Assembly: GCA_039621445.1 (NCBI GenBank) | Contig: CP154954.1 | Location: forward strand, 47,657,847-47,721,846 | DNA length: 64,000 bases | Direction of reading: 5' to 3' | From: Euglena gracilis | Lineage: Eukaryota | Part shown: in pieces, positions 13,801-25,185 of the stretch | Numbering within the stretch: position 1 is the first letter of the stretch | How the letters are laid out: each line of letters opens with the position of its first letter | Made by a program: the position numbers and the translations under genes | Notes under the pieces: model-generated | What the model was told of the DNA's origin: nothing | Seen by the model: only the letters and a program-made list of their open reading frames with translations | Database searches by the model: none

Positions 13801-16000
13801 TTTTTTGGCCGAAATGGCAGAGTCCAAAGGGGGGGGGGGCTTAAAAAGGGGGGTTGGCCAATCCTACCCAGTTTGGACCCCTTCGCGCGTGAATAACTCG
13901 GGCCTGGCGGGGAGTTGGGGGTCAAACCCAGGTGATTCGGAAACTAGGAATCCAGTCGCTCGTGACTGAAAAAAAAAATTTTGGGAACGGGGCCGGGATC
14001 ATGGTGATAATCCGCCGGTTCCCGAGGTGGCCCCAAGGGGGGGGGGAGGGCGGGGGGGGGTCGAGGGGGGGTTTTCCCCCAGTGGTAAGCTTCGCTCTTA
14101 CCCATAAAGGGATAAGAGCTCAGCGACCCCCCCTAATTGTCCCCCCCCCCTAATTGGCCAGAAGGGGGGTCCGGGTGGCCCGGAGGGCGGCCAAATACGG
14201 GGGGGGGGGGGCACGTTACCCCCCCCCCGGGAGGCCGAAATTGGGGGGAGGTACACAATGGGGGGGAGGTGCACAATGGGGGGGGGCGAGGTATACGACG
14301 GGGGGACATGCCTGCGGATGGCCGGGCGAGGTGCATTCCTCTTGGGGCCAGGTGCATGCTGCCCCCCATTATGTACCTCCCCCCCAGGGGGTACACAAGG
14401 GGGGGGGTACATAATGGGGGTGTATGTTAAATGCAAACAAATTGGGGTGTCTGCTTGGTTGATGTTGTGGATAAAAATGTCCATGTTTGATTGCAATTTC
14501 AGATTTACGTTTACGGTTTCTGATCTTGCAATGTTGTGGTCGAAAAAATGTTGTGAAGGTTTGCCTTTTTGTTTTGGAGGCCTGCAGCTGAAGAATGGGA
14601 GGTGCTGTGAACGACGTCTTTGATCCAGTTGAAACATGTGAAGCACAAAAAAAGTTGGTTAATGTGACCCCCCCCCCTATTTGGCCGACCTCCGGGCGGC
14701 CCGGACCCCCCTTCTGGCCAATTGGGGGGGGGACAATTTGGCGGGGGGAGGGGGGTTACCCCTAACCCCCCCCTAATTGGCCACCTGGGCCCTGTCCTTC
14801 ATAGGGGGGTCGGCACGCCGTGGCGAGGTTTCCGGCTAGGGGGGGGGGGGTTGGTGTTTTTTGGCGTGGCGAGGGGGTCCCGGATGGGGGGGGGGGTGCG
14901 CGGGGGTTTCCAAGAAAATTTTCTTTGGCGGGCCTGACATGGCGTGGCAAGGGGGTCTGAAAAGGGGGGGAGGGGGGGGTAAAATGGCGTGGCGAGGGGG
15001 TCGGTGAGGGGGGGGGGAGGGGTGTGCCGACCCCCCCATAGTTGCGAACCCCAAAACACCCAAATAAAGGCATTTTCCCTTCTTGAAATGAGTAACCCCC
15101 CCCCTAATTGGCCACCTGGGCTCTGGCCAATTAGGGGGGGGGGACAAATAGGGGGGGGGGGGTCACGTTAGGTGTAAGAAGAACTGACTGACAAACCCAA
15201 GTTTGGTTGACAGGCCGAACCTGGTTTCGGGGTTCACGGTGTGGAAACGAGGTTCCAAACATGAACCAGGATCCTTTCCTATTGTAAAATGACAAAGAGA
15301 AATCTGCCCTCAGTCGGTTTTCAGGTGTCACAAGGTCACCAGCTTGCTTGTCCTTTGTCACTTGAGAGTCACCAGGTGTGTCACCCGAGGGTCACCACTT
15401 GAGGCACCACGTTTGCATGGTGGTGTTGAATACAGGAGGCAGAACCTGGGAATAAGTCTTGTAGTCCATCAGGTTCCGGTTTAACTCCTCCACTGGAATT
15501 CAGCAAATACATTGATGCATAAAAACTGGACAAAAAAAAATAACGACAGACAATGAAGACATGGAGGGATGGATGAAGATACCAGTTGACACTGGTGCTT
15601 TTTTGCTCTTTCTCCAAGGCCAATTGACCACTTAAGTTTTTTTCTAAAAAATCAATATGCTGCTCTGCCCCAGGGTTCATTCTTGACATAGTGGGCATTT
15701 TTTTTGTTTTTTTCTTAAAAAAACAAAACAACGTGTTTTTTATATAAAAAAACAGTAAAAAAACATTAAAAAAACAAAAAGAAAATTTCATTGAAAAAAA
15801 CTCGTTATGAAACTCCCAAACCATACTTTGAATCCCACTACCCTCAACCCCACCCCTATTTGGCCAATGGTAGGGCTCCTTCGGACCCCCAATTAGCCAA
15901 TTAGGGGGGGGGGACAATCAGGGGGGGGGGGTTACCCCGGCCAATGGCCTGACCCCCCCCAATTGGCTGATGGACCGTCCAACGGGACCCCAATTTTTAT

Positions 16001-16108
16001 AAAAATCGTGGCCATAACCCGTATTCAGGTCGTATAACGGGTCAAGGGCGCCGAAGGCGCCCTTGACCTGTTATTCGGCCTGAATACGGGTTATGGCCCA
16101 CGATTTTT
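16001..16108. repeat. Near-perfect hairpin of about 108 bp with a GAA loop; second copy at 32752-32859
   Basis: aaaaatcgtgg...tcaagggcgcc GAA ggcgcccttga...ccacgattttt, followed in both copies by tgtaaccgtg...ggcccggcgcctgccctg. Confidence 0.9.
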
Positions 16109-16639
16109 TTGTAACCGTGTTTAGAGAGGCCCGGCGCCTGCCCTGTATTTCGTGGGTATGCTTCACGCCATGGTTTCGGGCACTTTTTTGTTGATTTTCC
16201 TGGAAAATTCCTGAACACGGCAATATGCCCTGTTTTTCGTGTTCACCTTACCACGAAAAACAGGGCATATTGCCGGGTTAAGAAAATATGCCCTGTTTTT
16301 CGTGGTAAGGAACCAGTGAATGAAAATGATGTCCCAATGCCCCAAACCATCCTGTCCTGCGTCCTGGAAAATGTTCTTGTACCATTTGCTTCATTTATTT
16401 GTACTCATTGCGTTCTTCCTCAGTCTGTTTTTTGAAAAATGGCAAAGAAAGCTGCCAACACCATGGACCGAATGTTGCCACAACCCCCAAAAGTTCCTGA
16501 ATTTTTGGCCACAATTTAGCAGGGTTGTGAAAAAAGAGAGAACCCTGATGTTGACCCCTTGCATGGTAACCTTCTGGCGGAGGCCACCAAAAAGAAAGCA
16601 TCCGGTTCAGAAGGGGACAGAGCAATCCGCATTGGCACA

Positions 16640-16820
16640 CCTCCTTGAATTCGAGGACGTCTGCAATGCGCTTTGCACTGTCTATGACGAACTAGATGCT
16701 TTCCTTTGTGCTTGGGCAGCTTGGGAGCTTGATCCTGCACTGTTGTTTGATGGGCAAGCGGTCATCAAACAATGTGAGGACCAACGCCGGGCACAGTGTG
16801 GCCAGCAGTTCAAATTCTGA
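16640..16820 (+). pseudogene. Fragment of an unidentified protein, homologous to 45640-45915 (-)
   Basis: LEFEDVCNALCTVYDELDAFLCAWAAWELDPALLFDGQAVIKQC aligns without gaps to LEFAKLCQHRQASYPELDDFFVAWTGWELEPSLLFDEASIIEQC. Confidence 0.6.
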
Positions 16821-17221
16821 CCCATGACAATTGAAAGCATCGACGTTCAGGGGATACCTGAATGCAGTTTAGGCAATTAGGGGGGAGGAATAGGGGGGGG
16901 GTGAGGGTAAATTCAAAAACTGCCAAAAATGGTCAAAAACATCCAAAAATGCAACAAAATGGAATTTTATGACTTTTTTCATTTTTTGTGGAAGGAAATT
17001 TTTGGCAGAAATTACCCAAAAGTTGTCAAAAATCATTGAAAATGTGCATTGAAAAAAATTTCCATGCAAAACCCACTGGGCGTTTTTTATTTATTTAAAA
17101 AAAACATTGTTAAAAAAAACGTCAAAAAAAACAGGCCGGCCCACCATGATTCTTGGCACAAGTTTATTTTTTTAAGACAAATGGATGGATCACTGGCTGA
17201 AATCCCTTTGAGGTGGACAGA

Positions 17222-17345
17222 CGGTTAAGTCGGTGACCCCCCCCCCACCGGACTCAGGACAAAGCCGGTGACCCCCTACGATGGACTCAGGGGTGACAAA
17301 GCCGGTGACCCCCCCCCCACCGGACTCAGGACAAAGCCGGTGCCC
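17222..17345. repeat. Repeat family with ccggactcaggacaaagccggtgacccc units; also at 37095-37225 and 38292-38465
   Basis: Near-identical direct and inverted units at three loci. Confidence 0.8.
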
Positions 17346-17845
17346 ACCATGGGTCTGCTAAGCCCCTTGGGTGGGACCTGTATTCAAGGTCAAGGGGTCA
17401 CTTCCATTCTTCCAAAAACCAATGACTTACATTTCTTCGGGAAAACAAGTCAGTCACCCCTCCCCCCCCAAGGGGGGATCAGCCACTCTGAAATGTTGAC
17501 CACAAACGTGAAGAAAAACAGCCAAAAATTTCCGGCCAGGGCTGACGTTTTTTTTTTGTTTCAAAACAAAGCAAACAAACTTTCATGAATAAAAAAAGGT
17601 TTAAAACCGGTTTTTTGTTTCAAAAAAGTGTGTTTTTTTAAAAAATAAAACACTGCAATTAGGAAAAAAACTTGTTTAAAAACACTTGTATTAAAACAAT
17701 GCCTCAACCTTGCGAGGACATCCAACCTCCAGGGGGTGGATTCAGAAGCTCCAAACACAACCCAAGCCCAATGGGGCGAGGTGTAAAACAAAATGCTCAC
17801 TCTTAATACGAACACTTTGTAGATCTACACAAAGAACACTGACCG

Positions 17846-18270
17846 CATAGCTGGCGTTTTTTTGTTTTTTTTTAAAAAAACGTTTTTTTTTTTTTTATTA
17901 AAAAAAAAAAACAAAAAAAAACGGCAAAAAAAAACAAAGGGGAAAATGATGGTCCAAATTTTGCCTTTGATCGCAAGGGTGAACCAATCTTAGCTCAAAT
18001 GACTTGAAAACCAATACTTTTGGTTGTCTTCAACAAGAATGGTCAAACTAGGGCATTTTTCTGCCATTTTGGGATGTTTCAACTTGAAACATCCCAAATT
18101 TGGTGTCTTTCTCTGACCGAGGATGGGCAAAAAAGCTAAAATTAAAGGCAAACATTTTTTTTGCCCTGGACCCTCAATGGCGTTTTTTTTTGTTTTTTTT
18201 AAAAAAACATGTTTTTTTTTAAAAAAAACGTGTTTTTTTTGACTTCGTTTTAAACGAAGTGCCAGCTATG
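17846..18270 (+). mobile_element. hAT-like MITE, 425 bp, TIR catagctggc, perfect 8-bp TSD
   Basis: actgaccg|catagctggc ... gccagctatg|actgaccg. Internal palindromes tttgggatgtttcaacttgaaacatcccaaa and acttcgttttaaacgaagt. Confidence 0.92.
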
Positions 18271-18354
18271 ACTGACCGCACAAATAACGTGACCCCCCCT
18301 ATTTGTCCCCCCCCCCCTAATTGGCCAGAGCCCAGGTGGCCAATTAGGGGGGGG

Positions 18355-19617
18355 CAGGGTTGGTCGTGTTAAAAACCGGTCGTTTAAAACACTAGTTTAA
18401 ATCAGTTTAAAACAAGCAAGCCCGTGCGCAGTATAAAACCGCCGGCATGCGTCTTGAGTGAAGCCCAATAAACTTAGTCATCAATACAGCAGAATGAACG
18501 TGTCTTTGTCCCTTGCGATGGCCCCGCAACACGGACGAACGGCAAAAATTTCTGCATGGACCAAAACCAAAATTCCCGGTTCCGGTCGAAGGGAAGGGGA
18601 GGCCAAAAGGACAAAAAGCGGGAATTCTACTTTGGAAAACGGGTCTGCACAGCACATTTTTTTTCTTTTCATGCTTTCATTTGCCTGGGCCAAAAACACC
18701 ACAAAAAAGCCAAACTGGCCACGACCTGACCCAAAGCCAACGACCCATGGCCCAAAACTGGCCACGACTTGTAGCCCAAAACTGCCAGTTTAACTGGCCA
18801 CCGCGTTTGGCCCAAAGCTGGCCAGCACATCTATCTGGCCCAAACACGGCCAGATGTGCTGCCCAGTTTTGGGCCAGATGTGCTGGCCAGTTTGGGCCCA
18901 ATGTGAGGCATTTCATTGCAAACAAGACAAACAAAAACCTCCAAGCAACAAGAAGCAAAAAATACACAAGTTGTCTCCGCAACGATAACCAATTGGAGCA
19001 GTTTAGCAGGGACATGCTCAGGTCCAGATTATCAATCCTTCCATCTCATCTTGATTCTCTTGTCATCGCATCAATCCATGGCTCATCTTGTCCTTCAGAC
19101 AACTGTAGAAAAGAAAAATGAACATTCACTGGCAGAATTGTTTGGCAAACCTTTGTCATGGGGAGCTTGACAATACAAATCCAACACATAGTTTTCACCA
19201 ATTTCTCCTACACTTTCTTTAACGCCATTTGCAGCAGGCTGAACATTGATGCAGTCAATGTCTTTCCCATAACGTCAGATGACACAATCAGGTGATACTG
19301 CTTCTGTAAACCCAGCACGTAGCAATCCCCTACACTGTTGTGCTTGGCTCCACATCCGCTGGACGACGGGGACCATCTCTACAAGCAGCACGAGTGCACC
19401 CATCGCACAATTGATGGTTCACGAAGTAATGCCAAACACCATCTGTCGGTCTTCCACCAGGCATTGTGCTGAAAAAGGATAAACATAAGACGCCAGGACA
19501 CAGGAGTTAGGAATTAGGCTGACTTTCGCGACCTGAATTGCTGGAAACTGTTTAAAACATGTTTAAAACAGTTTTTTTTGTATTTAACTCCTCCCAGGTG
19601 TTTTAATTCCAACCCTG
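18355..19617 (-). mobile_element. hAT-like deletion derivative (TIR cagggttgg/ccaaccctg) inserted in a poly-G run of another MITE
   Basis: CAG...CTG termini with G-runs on both sides. The host MITE resumes at about 19618. Contains a BED-finger-like remnant. Confidence 0.65.
19375..19464 (-). pseudogene. Possible BED zinc-finger N-terminus of a hAT transposase
   Basis: Manual translation MPGGRPTDGVWHYFVNHQLCDGCTRAACR has the VWxYF...AxC pattern of BED fingers. It is short and degraded. Confidence 0.4.
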
Positions 19618-20971
19618 GGGGGGGTTACTCATTTCAAGGGAAAATGCCTTTATTCGGGTGTTTTTCGGGGGTTCGCGACTATGAAGGACGGGGTCTAGGT
19701 GGCCAATTAGGGGGGGGGTTAGGGGTAACCCCCCCGCCTAATTGTCCCCCCCCTAATTGGCCAGAAGGGGGGTCCGGGTGGCCCGGAGGGCGGCCAAATA
19801 CGGGGGGGGGGTGTTGGTGCTCTGCACGTCTGGGGAGTGGCACTCCAAAAACCTTCAAACCGAGTCTTTGACAAAGAAGACTACAGGCACTTGGCATAAG
19901 GGGTCACATGCCATCTGGAACAAAACTTATCTTAGGCCTTCGGAGTCCGAGATTTTGTTGAACCGGGTGCAGGGGCCCCAAACTCAAGCCCTAGACCCGG
20001 AATCAGGCTTGAGAGACTCAGACCCAGGACCCAGACTTTATATGCCGAGTTCAGGTCTTGACCCCGACTTAGGCATGAGTTCGGGGTCATGGGAATTTCC
20101 GAGCAAGCAAGGACCAAGTTTGTGTAATGCCACAATTTGTGTCCTGAAAGAGGAGACGTTTGTGGAGGGAAAAAAAAACAACAGGACATAAAACTCGGGG
20201 GGTGGGTGATCTGGCCTGGGGGTGGACCCCGGGTCAGCCCATGCCCTCACCAAGGGGGGGGGGGAATGCAACTTGGCCCTTCAAATTATGCAAGTCAAAA
20301 AAATACAAAAAAATGCAAAAAAAATGCAAAAAAAAATGCAAAAAAATGCAACTTGCATGAAAACCTTGAGAAAAAGCCGAATATGACAGAGCTTTGCTGC
20401 CTAAAATCAAAAAAATTTTCCAGGGCAAAATATTTTATGCAAAAAAACGCAAAAAAATGCAAAAAAATCCAAACATATGCCAACCAACTACAAAATTTTT
20501 TTCAAGGGCAAAATATTTTTTTTGTAAAAAATGCAAAAAAATGCAAAAAAAATCCAAACATACGGCAACCAACTACAAAATTTTTTCCAGGGCAAAATAT
20601 TTTATGCAAAAAAATGCAAAAAAATGCAACTGATTATGCAAAAAAATGCAAATTATGCAAGTTGCATTCCCCCCCCCTGCCCTCACCCCCCCCCCCTATT
20701 TGGCTGGCTGGGCCCCCAATTAGCCAATCAGGGTGGGGGGAGTACCTTGCCAATAGCTGACCCCCCTAATTGGCTAGTGGACCATCCTTTGGGACCCCCA
20801 ACTAGCCAATTGGGGGGGGAGGGCAATAAGGGGGGGGGTGAGAGTACGATCCTAGTGACCCCAGCGACCCTAGGGTCGCTCTGGGGTCATGGGTGGCCTT
20901 GGCTAGAGTCGTGGACCGACCCTGGGGTCGACCCTAAGGTGTAAGGTGGGCCCCCCCATGACCTGTGGAGG

Positions 20972-21330
20972 CTAGGCGCGCCGCTTGGGGGGTCCGGGAC
21001 CCCCCCCTGCGCGGCCCCTGCGCGGCCGCCCACGCAGCCGCCCTCCCCCCACAGTGCCTAGCATAGCCAAGAGAATTTTTTTTGTGTGAAAAAAAAGCGG
21101 CTTTTTTGAGGTCCAAAAATGACCAAAAATGACCATTTTCGGACATAAAATGGCAAATTTGGGGGTCGCGCGCTCTGCGCACGGCCAAAAAAGCACTTTT
21201 TTTTGGTCAAAAATGGCCAAAAATGGCAAAAAAATGACCACATTTTGGACCCGAAAATCACCCATTTTAGGATGCGCGCTGCCCGCACAGCCACCCTCAG
21301 ACCCCCTCCTCCCCCCCCCGCTGTGCCTAG
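20972..21330. mobile_element. Dispersed repeat of about 360 bp; copies at 22893-23270 and 42960-43340 (inverted)
   Basis: Shared taggcgcgccgct...aaatgaccattttcggacataaaatggcaaatttggggg...gtgcctagc. Confidence 0.85.
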
Positions 21331-21741
21331 CCTCCTGTGGCCCACCTGATGGGCCCCCCTGTCAAAAAATGTGTTTTATTTTTTGACCTGAAACGTTGCT
21401 ACAGTTTGCAGGCCTCCCTACCAACATGCTTTGCCTTTCTTGTTCGTAATTGTCGGTTGTTCCATCACAGTTCAGCAGACAATTGAGTGGGGAATTTTAG
21501 ACAAAATGAAGATCCCTCCCGTCCAAGTTTTGTTGTCCCTCGCGGACACCTTCCAGAGAACCCTCCCCCATCCCTAATGGACGGGAAATTTTTGACCCCG
21601 ATAGACATTTTCGTTGAGCCCCCGTGGACACTTTTGTGTGAGACTGGTGACATTTTTCTGAGTGGATGGAAACGATTGCAAGGAGCAGACCAGACCTCTA
21701 CAAACTCCTTCTTTGGTGTTGGGTTGCGAAGTGCAGATGCA

Positions 21742-22675
21742 CATCATTTTTATATCGAGAACTGTGTCCCAAACGCCGGTTCGGGCGGGAAACCTGTGCC
21801 TGGGACGCCGGTTCGGGCTACCGCCCGAACCGGCGTCCCAGGCACAGGTTTCCCGCCCGAACCGGCGTCTGGGACACAGTTTTTGAAACCGTGGCTAGGG
21901 GGCTCCGGTTTCATGCCCGAACCGGCGGCTAGGGAATCACGGCCAATTTCGCCCAAAATACCCATGTTTGGGGCAGTTTTGGGCAATTTTGGCCCAAATG
22001 GGCCGCCGGTCAAAAATGGCAGATTTCATACTTATGAAGGCATGTTACCCATTAATCGAAAGCTCTTTTAAAGGGCTTTCGACAGATGGCCACAGGATTC
22101 GGCCATAATGCATGCAGCGCTTATTTTCAGCGATCGTGTATTCCAAAATTTGACATCCTAATTCGTCAAATCCCACAGCTCAGGTTGCATATTGCATATC
22201 AAACGAAAGGTCTCGCCAACACCTTTCGCTTGGTGCCCACAGAACTCAGCCAGATTGCAAAGCGTCCTCAAAATCAGCGATCGCATTTTTCCGCATTTTT
22301 CGGACCCCATTTGCATATCTGAAATTCCACTTTTCAGCTACCATGTTGCCCATCGATCGAAAGCTCTTCTCAAGGGCTTTCTGCAGATGGCCTTAGATTT
22401 CTGTCATGCTGCATGGTATTCTATTTCAGAAATTCTCCAAAATTGGCCAAAAGGAAATTGTTGCTCAAAAAACCCCAATTTCTGGCCCAAGACCACCAAA
22501 AACTGCTCAAATATGATTTTCACCCGTCCACAAACCCTTTTGGACACTTTTTGGCACTTTTTATTTTGGGTCCCCCAGACGCAGGTTTCACGCCCGAACC
22601 TTCGGCGCAGAAATTTCCCGCCCGAACCGGCGTCCCAGACGCCGGTTCGGGCATGAAACCGGAGCCCCCAGCACG
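21742..22675. mobile_element. Element of about 930 bp with a 122-bp hairpin (21760-21881), inserted into a repeat whose intact copy is at 10280-10600
   Basis: The flanks 21480-21740 and 22676-22725 join to give the reverse complement of 10280-10600. Related copies lie at about 35440-36345 and 52180-53590. Confidence 0.75.
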
Positions 22676-23420
22676 GTTTCAGGGTAAATTGGTTGTATTA
22701 ACGCCTCTTGGCGGGCTGCACCCCCATTTTTGGCCAGCATGAGGGGGAGGGGGGAATGCCACATTTTTTAGAATTATAAACCCCGGAAAACATGGATTCT
22801 TTTTGTTGGGTTTCACAAAACAGAAGGGTCTGAAACAGGCCTTTTGAGTGAACGATATTGCACATTCGTCAACCACAACGATCTGAGGAGGGTAGGCGCG
22901 CCGCTCGAGGGGGTCCGGGACCCCCCCCCCCCTGTGCGGCCCCTGCGCGGCCGCCCACGCAGCCGCTCGCCCCCCTGGACCCCCCCCACCGTGCCTAGCA
23001 TAGCCAAGAAAAAAAATTGGTAAAAAAATCGCGACTTTTTTTGAGGCCCAAAATCACAAAAAATGACCATTTTCGGACATAAAATGGCAAATTTGGGGGC
23101 CGCGCGCTCTGCGCGCGGCCAAAAAAAAGCACTTTTTTTTGTCAAAGATGGCCCAAAAATGGCAAAAAATGACCACCTTTTGGACCCGAAAATCACCGAT
23201 TTTAGGAAGCGCGCCGCCCGCGCGGCCGCTCGCCCCCCCCCTCAGCCCCCCCCCCCCCACTGTGCCTAGCATACTTGGCATTTTTTTGTTTTTTTTAAAA
23301 AAACAACACAACGTGTTTTTTTTTAAAAAAAACGCCAAAAAAAAACATAAAAAAACAAAAGGAAAATTTCATTGAAAAAACACGTTATGAAACACCCAAA
23401 CCATACTTCGAATCCTACTA

Positions 23421-23676
23421 CCGGGGGGATTAAAATACCGCTCGGTAGCAATACCGAATGGATTAATACCGCTCTTTAATAAAGCCTGCCAGACGCCTGA
23501 TCGTTACGATGTGAGACCGAAAAAACGCACTCCGCGATCCAGATTAATTTTTGCCTGATCCTAATTCCGGCCGGCGTGCCAGAAAAATGCCCAGTTCGCC
23601 AGTTACGGAAAATCGCCCAGTGAGCGGAATTAATCCAATCGGTAATTAATGCTGCGCGGTATTTTCATCCCTCCGG
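23421..23676. mobile_element. TA-flanked MITE, 256 bp (Tc1/mariner-like target)
   Basis: ta|ccggggggattaaaataccgc ... gcggtattttcatccctccgg|ta. Confidence 0.8.
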
Positions 23677-24929
23677 TAAGTTCAAAAATTGCCAAAAAAA
23701 ATGGTCAAAAACATTCAAAAAATGCAAAAAAATGCAACTGTAAGACTTTTTTCATTTTTTGTTTAAGGAAATATTTGGCAGAAATGCCCCGAAACTTGCC
23801 AAAAATGATTGAAAATATGAAAATTTTTGAATATGAAAATATTGAAAAAATTTTCCGAGCAAGACCTTGTTGGCGTTTTTTTGTTTTTTTTAAAAAACAT
23901 TGTTAGAATTAAAAAAAACAAAAAAAACAGAGTCCAAAAAAAACAGGTTGCCAACTATGGTGCCCAGCCTCCTGTGACTTGTGAAAAGCAGATGATACTA
24001 TCCATTTTGTGTCCCAGATCTCTGGGTGATGAACCACGCAGCCTTTTTTCCTGGAGGTTGGGAAAATATCTGTGACATGTTGGTGAGATTTCTTTAAAAG
24101 CAACAATTGCTTCCGGAAAAAGCATTTTTTTCATGAATTTTTGGTGGACAAGTTTTGTTTGGGGGTGGTTCGGGAGGGGGGGGGGGGGGGGAGGGGGGGG
24201 GGGGGGGGGGAGGCGGGGAGGAATCATGGCCCAACCACCCCCACACGTTTTTTTTATTTGGCATCACCCAAATTTGCATGTAATTTTCCTTTGGTCGACC
24301 AAAAAATGTGCCCGCCAAAATCCGGGACGCGAGGGGGACGCGGGGGGGGGGGGGGGGGGGGGGGGGACGCGGGGGGGGGGGGGGGGGGGGGGGGGGGCGG
24401 GGAGAACACCCCCTTTGGTACATATGATGAGAGTCCAGGACCCCCCTTGTCTGGTTCCGCAACTAGCAACTCCAAAACACCTTTTTTTCATTCTTTGTAG
24501 ATTTGTTGAAGGTTATTACAGAGCTCCAAACGTTTTTGAAAAGCAGTGCGTCCCGTCCAGGGTAGACGGATCGTTTTTAAACAAGTCGTTTTTCAACATC
24601 GTTTTTTCGCAATCCGACAAAATGAAAACCGCCGAGCCGACATTCGCGACAACGAACCGACAGCGACTGCCGAAAACCGACTATGCGGTTTTGCTATAGC
24701 ACCGTTTTTTTTTGTATGTTCGCCCCTGATGGGAAAGAAGGTTCAACCGTACGTTTGCTACGCAGCAACGCACTTTCGACCGCTAAAAAGAATTTTCACC
24801 TTTCGCCGCAGCGCCCCCACCCCACACCGTGACAACATTTGAAAAAAAGTGCCAAAAGGTTTTATTTTTCTCAAACAGACTTTCCAAGAATGTGCCACGC
24901 CAAAAACTTGACAAAAACTTGATGCAACC

Positions 24930-25185
24930 TGTCGCCCAAATTTGGGCACCACGTCTGGCCCAAAACTGGGCACTTTCTGTGACACAAAACTCCACCCTCT
25001 GTGACACAAAACTGGCCACCATCTGTTTTGGCACCACGTCTGGCCCAAAACTAGACACCATGTGTAACACAAAAATGGCCATCTCATCTGCCCCAAAACT
25101 GGGCAACACATCTGGACCAAAACTGGCCAGCATGTCTGGCCCAAAACTGGGCACCACCTGTGGCCCAAAACTGGCCACCACCCAT
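24930..25185. repeat. Degenerate tandem repeats of about 23 bp (tggcccaaaactggccacca...); also at 18700-18905 and 29965-30185
   Basis: Recurrent cccaaaactggcc/ggccagttttggg units at three loci. Confidence 0.8.

Larger units (their letters stand above)
15841..16907. mobile_element. TA-flanked TIR element (composite, with nested insertions)
   Basis: ta|ccctcaacccc ... ggggtgaggg|ta. The host MITE sequence continues on both sides. Confidence 0.6.

Noticed and set aside
20137-20760. Lys/Cys-rich ORFs (KKCKKN repeats), also at 4885-5360
   Set aside because: These are low-complexity aaaaatgc repeats of a non-coding element.
24094-24500. Poly-Pro and poly-Gly ORFs suggesting formin- or extensin-like proteins
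   Set aside because: They arise from poly-G tracts in a repeat family that recurs at about 46340-46560 and 50920-51065.
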